A stretch of DNA of 32,000 nt from Telmatocola sphagniphila (GTDB taxonomy: Bacteria > Planctomycetota > Planctomycetia > Gemmatales > Gemmataceae). The translations under genes and the position numbers were made by a program. This document shows positions 1-8,358 of the stretch, in pieces. The stretch's first letter is position 1. Every line of letters begins with the position of its first letter. The notes under the pieces were generated by a model that was given only the letters and a program-made list of their open reading frames with translations, had not been told where the DNA came from and made no database searches. The DNA lies in contig NZ_CP074694.1 in assembly GCF_018398935.1 (NCBI RefSeq), forward strand, positions 4,830,001-4,862,000, read 5' to 3'.

Positions 1-86
1 TCGGATCGAATTTGTTTCGGAGTTGGTGAAAAGTCTCTGCGATTTCTCTTTCTCAGGCACTGGCAAATAGCCAGAGCCGCCCGCCC
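1..86. repeat. Structured-repeat copy 0 (cut by window edge): central module plus short-form hairpin arm
   Basis: 1-57 differs from 893-949 at about 3 positions and from 8929-8985 at a few more. It is followed by the hairpin GCACTGGC-AAATA-GCCAGAG and the terminal box CCGCCCGCC (58-86). Confidence 0.85.
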
Positions 87-208
87 GCGACACTCGATCA
101 ACGACAACTGGCGCGTAAATGGTTCAAACTGTTCCCTTTACGAGGCTAAAAATTAGAGGTAACGGCGTTGAGTGCCGCCCTTCGCCTGGGGATTATTTTG
201 CTAATCAA

Positions 209-541
209 TTATCGGGCTTCGTTCGGAATCGCGATCGAAGGGAAGCCAAAATTCTCGAGTTCACTTTCCTGAAAGGCACTGGAGATAGTCAGTTCATTCA
301 CCATGATTCCTGCCAGAATCAGGGCGTGATATATGGCCTGTACGGAATCATCGCCTTGGGCTGTCTTGAGATCATCTTCGCCAGTGTCGCGAGTTCGTAC
401 ATTACAGGCCCAATAGTTTGATTGACCAACGTTAATGTTTACAGGCATCGATATATCGAGATACGCATAACGAGTAGTCGCGAGATCATCGACCCAAGTA
501 AAAGTCCGAGTACAGAGAAGGGATCCGAAATCGGCAGTCAT
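209..541 (-). CDS. hypothetical protein (coding strand and start uncertain)
   Basis: The minus frame is open for 154 codons (209-673) in AT-rich DNA, with an ATG at 541 (MTADFGSLL...). The plus ORF 119-421 occupies the classic antisense shadow frame, so only one of the two is likely real. No recognisable motifs. Confidence 0.3.
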   Translation of the reverse strand: MTADFGSLLCTRTFTWVDDLATTRYAYLDISMPVNINVGQSNYWACNVRTRDTGEDDLKTAQGDDSVQAIYHALILAGIMVNELTISSAFQESELENFGFPSIAIPNEAR

Positions 542-786
542 AAATGACTCCAAGTTAGAAGAGTAATAAGTATTTTTATTTCTATGGAACAAGAACTGAA
601 ACGAGTGTTCAGGCCCCGACAACACCAGTGGACACAATGTAAGCGATTCCACCAACAACCACGATTGTTCCAACTACAAATTCCGGGATCATTCGTTAAA
701 ATATCCGCAATTTCACTCGCAGTCATTACCGCGAGTTCAACAGCCTCTTGACCAACCTCCACTAGACCCCTAACAGTTGATTTTAC

Positions 787-1029
787 GGCGGCTGCACTGG
801 TAACCAAACTAAATCAACGCATGTCATTATTCAGAAACGTTTTGGGTGGCAATTACTATCTGCCCGTGCCGTTTCGATATAACTCCCGCTTTCGGATCGA
901 ATTTGTTTCGGAGTTGGCGAAAAGTCTCCGAGATTTCTCTTTCTCAGTCACTGGCAGATAGCCAGTGCCACCTAAACCGTTACCTCATAATGATTTGCGG
1001 TGACTCTAAAGGGTTACCAGTGCCACCCG
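787..1029. repeat. Composite structured repeat: L-arm (787-870), central module (871-948), R-arm (949-1029)
   Basis: The arms are imperfect inverted repeats. Termini are CGGCGGCTGCACTGG and CCAGTGCCACCCG. R-arm hairpin is CACTGGC-AGATA-GCCAGTG. The central module is near-identical to 1-57 and 8907-8985. Confidence 0.88.
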
Positions 1030-1179
1030 ACGATAGCGCGTCGCGGTCGCGGTTATCACACGGACGGCGTGTCGAGCGCTATTTGCCCGTAGTTGATCGA
1101 AAGAGACGTCAATTGGTTGAAAGCTTTAGTCAGGAAAGCTATACTTGTTCAACGAAAATGGAAGATCGTTGCGATTACG

Positions 1180-1236
1180 CATTGGCAAATAGCCAATACC
1201 ACCCAAACCTTTACCTGACAATGACTTATGGCGATT
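1180..1236 (+). repeat. Solo, degenerate R-oriented module
   Basis: CATTGGC-AAATA-GCCAATACCACCCAAACCTTTACCTGACAATGACTTATGG aligns with the first ~55 nt of the R-arms at 2131 and 8985. The terminal CCAGTGCCACCC box is missing. Confidence 0.6.
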
Positions 1237-1298
1237 TATAGAGGTTGAGTGCGATTTCCTGCTGCGTGCACATAGCACAAACCCAGAATTGGGATCGA

Positions 1299-1904
1299 AT
1301 GCTGGACACTGTTTACGAAAACTACCGGTTCACCAGAATTGCCCGGGAGTTGTTGCGAAACTCTTCTCGCGAATTCACGATCAACGAACTTCAGCAGAGA
1401 GGATATGTTTCGCGCAGAATTGCCCGCAAGATTTATCACTTCCAAAGTTTACACACTCTTTTTCACTCTTGGAACCTGCGTACTTCCGTTGTTAATGGAA
1501 TTACGGAAGCCATTGAGCTATCGACGAATTCAGACAAGCCGGAAACGACGGACGGCGTGGGAGCCTATGTCTCTTGCTTCTACCTTCTTTATGTGAGCAC
1601 CGAAGCCAACATTGATGTCAATATAATCGATTCCATGAACGCGTTCAAACTCCTGGCGAACTACTGCTTCTTCGCGGAGCATGCGAACTCAAGTCTGCTG
1701 ATGGAATTTCTTGCGATACTCCGAAAGAGGCTTTCTTCGATTAGAAAAAGCGATGCTTCCGACTATCTTTCTGCTTGTGAGCTGTGCCAGGATTTTTTGA
1801 AAAACGGTTCCGTTGATTTCTCAAAAACGGAGGATTCCGATCAATCAGAAATCACCTTCGAACTTCGGAAGCATATGAGAAGACTTATGCAAATTCGTTG
1901 CTAA
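1299..1904 (+). CDS. hypothetical protein (about 201 aa from ATG 1299; ORF open from TTG 1245)
   Basis: Long open frame in AT-rich DNA just downstream of a repeat module. No motif I can assign. Confidence 0.6.
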   Translation: MLDTVYENYRFTRIARELLRNSSREFTINELQQRGYVSRRIARKIYHFQSLHTLFHSWNLRTSVVNGITEAIELSTNSDKPETTDGVGAYVSCFYLLYVSTEANIDVNIIDSMNAFKLLANYCFFAEHANSSLLMEFLAILRKRLSSIRKSDASDYLSACELCQDFLKNGSVDFSKTEDSDQSEITFELRKHMRRLMQIRC

Positions 1905-2130
1905 TGGTTTCGGAAACTGGTTTCGTTTGGGATGACTGTCTGATTAGCGATCAGCTTTCAGCGGTCAGCAAATTGAGGAGGACTGGCTTTGTTTCGGGGG
2001 CCTGTTCCCATACGTGTTTCGACATTACTGTACTTCCCGAAAATTGTTGATGTTTCGTGAGATCAGGGTGGCGCTACTTTTAGAATTGGAAATAGGTCAC
2101 ACGTTATGAAAAGTGGATTGTTTCAATACG

Positions 2131-2213
2131 CACTGGCGGATAGCCAGTGAGACCCAAAACATTACGTGACAATGACTTGCGGTAACTCTAAAGGGTTACC
2201 AGTGCCACCCGCC
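2131..2213 (+). repeat. R-oriented module (long form), preceded by a degenerate central-like segment (about 2020-2130)
   Basis: CACTGGC-GGATA-GCCAGTG...GGGTTACCAGTGCCACCCGCC. About 85% similar to 949-1029 by eye. Confidence 0.85.
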
Positions 2214-2391
2214 GGGACTAAGGTCGAAGATTACTTGCGGCGGTTCAATGCTGTCCCAGGGCGAGATATGGCCAAATACAAAGACATGACATTGCACGTT
2301 GTCGATGAATCTGGCTCTGTGCTGCACCATGGTCCGATTACGTAGTAAATCGCTAAGTCGATCTGACACAAAATGCCGAAAGAGGTTGCTT

Positions 2392-2691
2392 ATGAGTCGT
2401 TATGCTTATCTAGTTTGCGAAGAAACCAAGCATGTGATTTGGCTTGGCAAGATTTATAATGCAGAAGCTATTGGTCGCTACTTTCAAATTGGAGCAGGAG
2501 TTCGAAACTCCGAAAATCCTCTTCTGATGAAGGCAGTGATGAAATTTCTAGCCGAACATCTAGGCAAAACTGTAAGCATCCTTCCCGAGGAGGAGTACGA
2601 TTCAATTCTTGATGAGACCTTCATTGATATAGGAGGCGATGGCCCTCCTGGTATTTCACTTGAAGCTTATATAGAGGATTTTGCTGGTTAA
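2392..2691 (+). CDS. hypothetical protein (99 aa from ATG 2392)
   Basis: ATG at 2392 is preceded by AAGAGG 8 nt upstream. The longer ORF from 2299 has an implausible Cys/Arg-rich leader. No recognisable domain. Confidence 0.6.
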   Translation: MSRYAYLVCEETKHVIWLGKIYNAEAIGRYFQIGAGVRNSENPLLMKAVMKFLAEHLGKTVSILPEEEYDSILDETFIDIGGDGPPGISLEAYIEDFAG

Positions 2692-2800
2692 CGAGATCGG
2701 ATGTCGTGTACAGTAACTTTTATTTATGAGCACTAAGTTCGTGCCTCCGAAGATTTGTCTCAAGCGAAGGATGACAAAAAAAACCAAACCGTGTCGATCG

Positions 2801-3062
2801 CGGCGGGTGGCACTGGCAAGCATTCTCAATCAACGCAAGTCATTAACCAGTAACGGCTTGGGTGGCACTGTCTATCTGACAGTGCCATTGTGAGATAAAG
2901 CGTTCTTCTGGCTCGAATTTGTGCCTGAGATGGTGAAAATTTCTGGCACTTTTTCTCCCACGCACTGGCAGTTAGCCAGTGCCTCCCGGAAATTGGACGA
3001 GGATGGAGTCCTACAATTCACTAAGATGAACAAAAATAGCAGGTGACCAGTGTCACTCGCGG
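2801..3062. repeat. Composite structured repeat: L-arm (2801-2888), divergent central (2889-2962), divergent R-arm (2963-3062)
   Basis: Termini are CGGCGGGTGGCACTGG and CCAGTGTCACTCGCGG. Hairpins are GGCACTGTC-TATCT-GACAGTGCC (L) and GCACTGGC-AGTTA-GCCAGTGC (R). Confidence 0.8.
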
Positions 3063-3110
3063 TCGGATGTGGTTAAAATACTGGTGAAAGCCTCATCCAT
3101 CTCATGAGGA

Positions 3111-3758
3111 GTGCCCGTGCCCGAATCCAGTTCGCAGCCGCAAGCCTTGAGCAAATCCCAAGTCGTTCGACTGTTAATCTGCGTGATCGTGACGGTCATC
3201 TTCGGCTACCTCTACTTTCATTGTTTTAAGATCTGGTTCGGACTGAATTCTGGATTCCAGAGCTATGAGGATAACTGGTACAAGCTTCTCTTCTCTGAAG
3301 AACAGCGTGAGGATTTGCGGATCTATTCCCAGGTGATTTTCTGGTTAAGCTGCGTCTACCTTGCGATAGTAACTCTATTGGCAATTCAACTCTACAGAAA
3401 AGGTTACACGAAATACACCTTGATACGTCGGGGTCTCTATGGCAAGGCACATTCCCTAGTCTTCTTGCTTATGTTGTGGTCCTGTTTCCCCGGATTCGGA
3501 TATTACTTGACCGATGAATATTGTTTTAGGGCCTCGATGGATACCGGAGGCAACCCAGAGATTGTTTCGAAGCTGAATCTCAGTTGGCAAAGAACTTCTC
3601 AATTCATGATGGTGCTGTCGAATTTGCAAATTTCGTTTGTCATCATTTTGATCTGGTGGACGTACGAGGTGCTGCTGATCGTACGGCGTAGTGAAAACGC
3701 GTCTCAATCGAAATTCGGCCATGAGATAGTTCCCTCGGACAAAAGTGGTAGAATTTAA
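3111..3758 (+). CDS. hypothetical multi-pass membrane protein (paralog A)
   Basis: 215-aa ORF with several hydrophobic segments. GTG at 3111 or 3117, with GAGGA at 3106-3110 favouring 3117. Clearly paralogous to the IS-split gene downstream (shared IFW.S..YL......LY.KGY and YY..D.(D/E)Y.F blocks). Confidence 0.7.
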   Translation: MPVPESSSQPQALSKSQVVRLLICVIVTVIFGYLYFHCFKIWFGLNSGFQSYEDNWYKLLFSEEQREDLRIYSQVIFWLSCVYLAIVTLLAIQLYRKGYTKYTLIRRGLYGKAHSLVFLLMLWSCFPGFGYYLTDEYCFRASMDTGGNPEIVSKLNLSWQRTSQFMMVLSNLQISFVIILIWWTYEVLLIVRRSENASQSKFGHEIVPSDKSGRI

Positions 3759-4109
3759 AAGGAGATTTTTTCGAGCCAAATGAGGATAGGCCGTGCCCAA
3801 ATCTACAGCTGAATTCACGACAGCCGAACATGTCAAAATCTATCGGATTTACGTTCTGAGTTTGGCATTTGGAGCGCTTCTCATTTTCGAATATTTCCCG
3901 GACTTCTTCAACCAATTCTTTAATTATTTCGATCAAAAAGAATTTTTGCAGAAGGAGCTGATCTTCACGAAACAGCAACAGGCGAATTTAAAGTTGTTTT
4001 CTGATATAGTCTTCTGGTTCAGCTGGATATATCTTTCAGTACTCCTAATTGGCGGAATTCGACTCTACAAAAAAGGTTACTTTAAACTAAATTGGGTGGG
4101 CGTCTTATG

Positions 4110-4117
4110 TATGTATA
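4110..4117. repeat. Left copy of 8-bp target-site duplication TATGTATA
   Basis: Identical octamer at 5867-5874, directly abutting the inferred IS ends. Confidence 0.7.
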
Positions 4118-5866
4118 GTAGTCGACAATTCCCTGATTTTGGTATTTTCTCGATTTTGCGGATCGGTTAGAAATTGGCAATGGATGCCAAGGAGCAACTC
4201 AAGGAAGATGTCCGGACGGGAAAGGTCAGCACCGATTACCTGATCGACTTGATTTTTTCCCTCCAGAACCAATTGCAAGCAGCTCTCCAAGAAATCGCAG
4301 ACCTCAAAAAGCAAATCGCCTCCTCTCCTACGCCCAAGGTCGCTGAACCGTATTCGATAAAGGCGGAAGAGAAGCGCCAAGAAGCCAAGAATCCGAAAAA
4401 AAAGCGTAAGCAGAAGAATGGCAAGAAACGCGGTCGCATCACCTCGGCGGAAAAGATCGCTCAGGCCGAACGCAGCGAAGCGATTTATCCTGAAGGCCTG
4501 GACAAGAACGCATGTCATTTGTCGCACACTCGACCGGTGTGGCGAGTAGAAAACGGTCGAGCGGTGCTGATCGCCTACCAGATTTATCGGGGCCCTAAAA
4601 ACCGCTACGGCCAAATCCCTGGCGTGATAGGCCGCAGCGAATTCGGCATAGAAATCTTCGTCGAGATTGCTTTCCTGGTCTACACCGTCGGGATGTCATT
4701 CGACAAAGTCTGTCTGTCGCTCCAATTCTTTCAGAATATGACTCTGCGAAAAGCGCAGGTCGATGCGTTGCTGCACCGGTTGTCGCGTCATTGGGAAAAG
4801 GAATTCGATACGCTGTGCACGCTGGTGGCCAACTCATTGGTTGTCTGGACCGATGAGACGGGCTGGAGCTTGAACAGCGTGTGGGCGTTCCTCTCGGAGA
4901 AAGCCCGGATCCTGTTGTTCGGAGTCAACAAGGATGCCGACACGCTGGCGAAAATTCTCGACCCGTCCACGTTCAAAGGTCTGGTGGTCAGCGACGATGC
5001 GGCGGTTTACGGGCACTTCACTCATTCGCAAAAGTGCTGGGCGCACCTGTTGCGGAAGGCCATCAAGCTGACGTTGCTCGAACCGGACAATGCCGAATAC
5101 CGCCGCTTCACCGATCGGTTAATCGAAATCTATCGGAAGGCTGTTCGCGTCAAGCGCGACGGACGACTGGGCGAGGCGGGTCGTCTCCAGAAAATTGCCG
5201 AACTGGAGGACGAGATCGTCGTCTTGTGCAGGCCCCTGTGGTCTCAGAATTTGCCGAAGTTGGCCGGAACGCAAGACGATTATCGCAAGCTGAACAACGA
5301 AATCATGACGCTGGTGATGAGGGAGGAGTTATTCGCGTTCGTGACGACCGAGGAGGTGGAGCAACCCAACGGGGTAACTGTGGAAGTCGGGGCGACGAAC
5401 AACGAAAGCGAACGGACGCTGCGGAAGCCTGCAGAAGCCCGCAAGACGGGCCGGACCAGCAAGTCGCTGTTCGGGGCTCGTCGGCAATCGATTTTGACCA
5501 GCGTGCTGGAATCGCTCCGCTTGTACCTGAAACAGTTCACCTTGGCGAACGTAATCGAAGAGATCAACAGTTGGACCGAGGAAGGGATCAGCTGCTTTAC
5601 GAAATTGTTGAATAAGATGAACTTGTCGCTCCCCAAAATCTCTGTCCTCAATGGACTGTTTCCCAAGGTTGAAGCAGAGCCCAAACTCAAACCAAGCGGG
5701 TAGATAAAAGGTGTCGCCTGTCCTCCTCCAATACAACGGTAAAAACCAGACCCAATCAAGCGCTAAGCAACGAGTTTTCACCTGTGCCGATAACCCATCT
5801 GTCGGCAAATTCAAAAGCCGAGTCAACCTCAGCATGCTCCATGCTGCGCACAGATATTGCGGCTAC
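4118..5866 (+). mobile_element. IS66-family insertion sequence, single-ORF type (1749 bp)
   Basis: Flanked by the 8-bp direct repeat TATGTATA. Imperfect terminal inverted repeats GTAGTCGACAAT / GTAGCCGCAAT. Encodes an IS66-type DDE transposase. Excision restores the host ORF. Confidence 0.82.
4174..5703 (+). CDS. IS66 family transposase
   Basis: 509 aa. N-terminal coiled-coil/Lys-rich region, then WTDETGW, VVSDDAAVYG and QKCWAHLLRK blocks typical of DDE_Tnp_IS66. No tnpA/tnpB-like accessory ORFs. Confidence 0.9.
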   Translation: MAMDAKEQLKEDVRTGKVSTDYLIDLIFSLQNQLQAALQEIADLKKQIASSPTPKVAEPYSIKAEEKRQEAKNPKKKRKQKNGKKRGRITSAEKIAQAERSEAIYPEGLDKNACHLSHTRPVWRVENGRAVLIAYQIYRGPKNRYGQIPGVIGRSEFGIEIFVEIAFLVYTVGMSFDKVCLSLQFFQNMTLRKAQVDALLHRLSRHWEKEFDTLCTLVANSLVVWTDETGWSLNSVWAFLSEKARILLFGVNKDADTLAKILDPSTFKGLVVSDDAAVYGHFTHSQKCWAHLLRKAIKLTLLEPDNAEYRRFTDRLIEIYRKAVRVKRDGRLGEAGRLQKIAELEDEIVVLCRPLWSQNLPKLAGTQDDYRKLNNEIMTLVMREELFAFVTTEEVEQPNGVTVEVGATNNESERTLRKPAEARKTGRTSKSLFGARRQSILTSVLESLRLYLKQFTLANVIEEINSWTEEGISCFTKLLNKMNLSLPKISVLNGLFPKVEAEPKLKPSG

Positions 5867-5874
5867 TATGTATA
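5867..5874. repeat. Right copy of 8-bp target-site duplication TATGTATA
   Basis: Identical to 4110-4117. Confidence 0.7.
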
Positions 5875-6200
5875 TCGTTGCATTGCTCATTGTCTATTAC
5901 ATGCAAATATATTATATGCTAAACGACCGCGACTATTTCTTTGCACATGTAGACAACAAATATTATTCCCTGACAATAAGTGAGCGGAATGGCGAATGGG
6001 GCAAAACACTCCAGCAAATTCGAAAAGCCACGGGATGTATTCTCGGTTCCGTTTGGTTAGCGTTCTGGCTGACCTTCCTAGTCTGGCGGTTCCCTCTGAA
6101 GGAAGAAAATCAGACTTTGCCGGAAACCGTGAGTACCGACCTCTAAGGCTGCGAATGCGATGGGGGTATCCATTTCCTCGTCTACTTCAGAATATTCCTT

Positions 6201-7001
6201 CTATTCCTGTGTCCGAATCTGCGATTTTTGATTCGAACTCTGCCAAGCTTGAAATTGTTCCAAGGTTTCTCGTATTCGGCTGTCGAGTCTCGAGACTGCT
6301 ACCGTTACAATCTCCTCGGGAACGCCGCCATAAAATGCTTCAGCGATGCCACCCGCAATACAAGCCATGGTATCGGCATCACCACCCAGCGAAATTGCAT
6401 TGCGGACTGCGTCTTCGTAACTACTCGATTCCAGAAAAGCGATGATCGACTCCGGAACAGAACCCGCGCAAGAAACATCGAAAATATACCCCGCTCGAAT
6501 CTCTCTCAAGGATCTCGAGAGCTCATAATGAAATGTCGTTTCGATGTACTTCTTTATCTCCGGCTTCGCATGCCCCGTTCGTGCTAAAAATATCGCGGCG
6601 GCCGTGGCCTGGGCACCGACAATCCCTTTGGGATGATTATGCGTTACCTCGGCGGACTCTCTGGCCTTTTCCAAGACCGAATCAAGATCCGAAAAAGCCC
6701 AGGCCACGGGACTGACCCGCATGGCCGAGCCGTTCGCCCAACTGTTGTATGGCTCGCGATTTTTCTGCAGAGCCCAGGAAATAAACATACCGCCATAACC
6801 CGCGTTGGGATATCGCAAGAACCAGCTTTGCAAAGTGTTGATTAAATCACCACCGGTCATCAACCAGTCTGCTACCGCCACGGTTAAAACGGTATCGTCA
6901 GTAAAGCAGGAATGCGGTACGAATAAATCGAACTTCTTGAACTTCGTTCCTTTGCCTTCATGGACGGAACCGATAATATCCCCGACGATTGAACCCAGCA
7001 T
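6201..7001 (-). CDS. ADP-ribosylglycohydrolase family protein
   Basis: 266 aa. GDIIGS..E, CFTDDTVLT and GGDADTMACIAGGIAEAFYG are hallmark ARH/DraG-family metal-site motifs. GGAGG lies 7 nt upstream of the ATG. Confidence 0.9.
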   Translation of the reverse strand: MLGSIVGDIIGSVHEGKGTKFKKFDLFVPHSCFTDDTVLTVAVADWLMTGGDLINTLQSWFLRYPNAGYGGMFISWALQKNREPYNSWANGSAMRVSPVAWAFSDLDSVLEKARESAEVTHNHPKGIVGAQATAAAIFLARTGHAKPEIKKYIETTFHYELSRSLREIRAGYIFDVSCAGSVPESIIAFLESSSYEDAVRNAISLGGDADTMACIAGGIAEAFYGGVPEEIVTVAVSRLDSRIRETLEQFQAWQSSNQKSQIRTQE

Positions 7002-7112
7002 CTCGAATCCTCCCCGTTGGGAAAGGACAACACCAGTGACTAATCTCGGCTTGATTTTACTCGCGAAAGGAACCTGTTAGGTACCTCCGGCCGCCTATCG
7101 AATAATCGAAAG

Positions 7113-7461
7113 CGACGGGTGACACTGGCACCCCATCTCAATAAACGCAAGTCCCTGTACAATCTAGACTTGGGTGGCACTGTCTATCTGACAGTGCCAT
7201 TGAGAAATCCTCGATTTTCAATAACAAAGGACCTCTTTTCAACTCAAAAGAAATTCACGCCCTGGCAGTTCGATTCCTCTCCAATCCCCAGGAAGACCAT
7301 GAACAACTGGCAAATCTTGATCTCGCTTTTCAGAGTCTCCTGGGAGTAAAACTTAGCCGAGGACCACTTCCAATCGGCGGGTGGCGGATAGCCAGCTGGA
7401 CCCAAAACATTACCTGCCAATGACTTACGGTGATTCTAAAAGGGTACCAGTGCCAACCGCC
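7113..7461. repeat. Composite structured repeat: L-arm (7113-7199), ~180-nt spacer, long-form R-arm (7378-7461)
   Basis: The L-arm is nearly identical to 8617-8704, and the spacer aligns with 8705-8880. Termini are CGACGGGTGACACTGG and CCAGTGCCAACCGCCG. Confidence 0.88.
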
Positions 7462-7539
7462 GTCGATTCGAAATATAATTTGATAAGTCGGAATAAGGCC
7501 TTACGATCTGTGTCCAAGGCAACAAACTAGGTAAGTGTT

Positions 7540-8358
7540 ATGATCACAGAGACTTTGTTCTTCAACAGGCAACAAAATACTGGGTGGCATCGTGCCTTTC
7601 TGTCTGAATTTCTTCAAGCTCACGAGATGCGAATTCTCTCTAGAATCGAGTCCACAATTTCTGAAGAGATATTCGAGGAATCGTACCTCGTAGGGTTGCT
7701 CGAAGAGGCAACTATCATCAAGCCTCTCCGACTTAATTTCGACGATATTGAACGTGAAAATCCGAGACTGGAAGCATTTCTAGCATCGCCAAATTCGACA
7801 GGATTTAATTTTTATCCAGGCCACCTGCCAGCGCCTCAACGATACGTAGTCCGATGCAAAATTAAGTATGAAGGCACGGCTGATTTATTGTTGCTCTCCC
7901 CTAGAAATGGCACCTCAGTCTTGCCTGTAGGTCGAATCGATGGGAATAAGATTCTATTCGATCTTCCACTACCAGTGGATATGTCAAAAAAGAAACAGTT
8001 TGAACATGATCTAAATCAGCGTAAAGAGGCTTTTCGCAAATACTCTGAATTCGCTAACGAAGATCTCTTCATTTCGCAAAGAGGTCTTAGCCAGAGAATC
8101 AAGGTCTGTTATGAGTCGAAATTCACAGAGTTGCATGCAGTATATGGCTTAATAAATTCCCCAGGACTAAAATTGTCAGAGGTTAGGCAGCCATCCCAAC
8201 CAAATGGATCCCAACCGTTTACAAAGAATGCTTTTGAGCCTCAACCCTCACAAGTTATCGTGAATAATATCACTGTGATTTACAATACTATTGAAAAGTT
8301 TTTTAAAATTGATCAGACAAACAACACCTCGGGGGGAGATGTGAATAATGCATATTAA
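7540..8358 (+). CDS. hypothetical protein (272 aa), probably the 5' part of a frameshifted longer gene
   Basis: Long ORF with ATG start. It ends 8 codons after the peptide repeat DQTNNTSGGDVNN, which recurs in the next ORF in a different frame. Confidence 0.65.
   Translation: MITETLFFNRQQNTGWHRAFLSEFLQAHEMRILSRIESTISEEIFEESYLVGLLEEATIIKPLRLNFDDIERENPRLEAFLASPNSTGFNFYPGHLPAPQRYVVRCKIKYEGTADLLLLSPRNGTSVLPVGRIDGNKILFDLPLPVDMSKKKQFEHDLNQRKEAFRKYSEFANEDLFISQRGLSQRIKVCYESKFTELHAVYGLINSPGLKLSEVRQPSQPNGSQPFTKNAFEPQPSQVIVNNITVIYNTIEKFFKIDQTNNTSGGDVNNAY

Larger units (their letters stand above)
3793..6146 (+). pseudogene. Membrane protein paralog B, interrupted by the IS66-family element (exons 3793-4117 and 5875-6146)
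   Basis: Removing 4118-5874 (IS plus one target duplication, 1757 nt) joins ORF 3793 to ORF 5784 in frame. The result is a 198-aa product (...WVGVLCMY-IVALLIVYYMQIYYMLNDRDYFF...) colinear with paralog A over its length. Confidence 0.78.

Noticed and set aside
846-1241. ORFs 846-1241, 8939-9289 and 9001-9294 running through repeat modules
   Set aside because: They are composed almost entirely of repeat sequence. Their frames are not conserved between copies, and they have low-complexity, implausible translations.
2860-2888. Sigma-54 promoters, because every module contains TGGCAC
   Set aside because: The -12 element does not fit. In GGTGGCACTGGCTATCTGCC the GC lies 2 nt too far from the GG, and in the TGGCACTGTCTATCTGACA variant there is no TTGC-like element at the N5 spacing.
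4118-4173. Possible relatedness between the IS66 left end (..TTGCGGATCGGTTAGAAATTGGC) and the repeat central module (..TTTCGGATCGAATTTGTTTCGGAGTTGGC)
   Set aside because: Only a short CGGATCG core and scattered matches are shared. The IS termini (GTAG...) and the composite termini (CGGCGGGTGGCACTGG) are unrelated, so this is probably chance.
5784-6146. ORF 5784-6146 as an independent 120-aa gene
   Set aside because: Its first 30 codons lie inside the IS right end. The remainder is the in-frame 3' half of the IS-split membrane-protein gene, so it is reported as part of the pseudogene.
7119-7349. ORFs 7119-7349 and 8624-8824 (MTLA.HLNKRKSLYNLDLGGTVYLTVP...) as a conserved small protein encoded by the repeat
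   Set aside because: - They start (GTG) inside the terminal box of the L-arm.
- The equivalent frame is closed by early stops in the L-arm at 787 and in all R-arm reverse complements.
- The two copies differ mostly by non-synonymous changes.
- The two copies go out of frame after ...RKTM through a 1-nt indel.
7100-7475. Target-site duplications flanking the composite repeats, which would be MITE evidence
   Set aside because: The flanks of the composites at 787-1029, 2801-3062 and 7113-7461 show only loose TCGA-containing similarity at inconsistent offsets. There is no clean direct repeat, so the MITE model is neither supported nor excluded.
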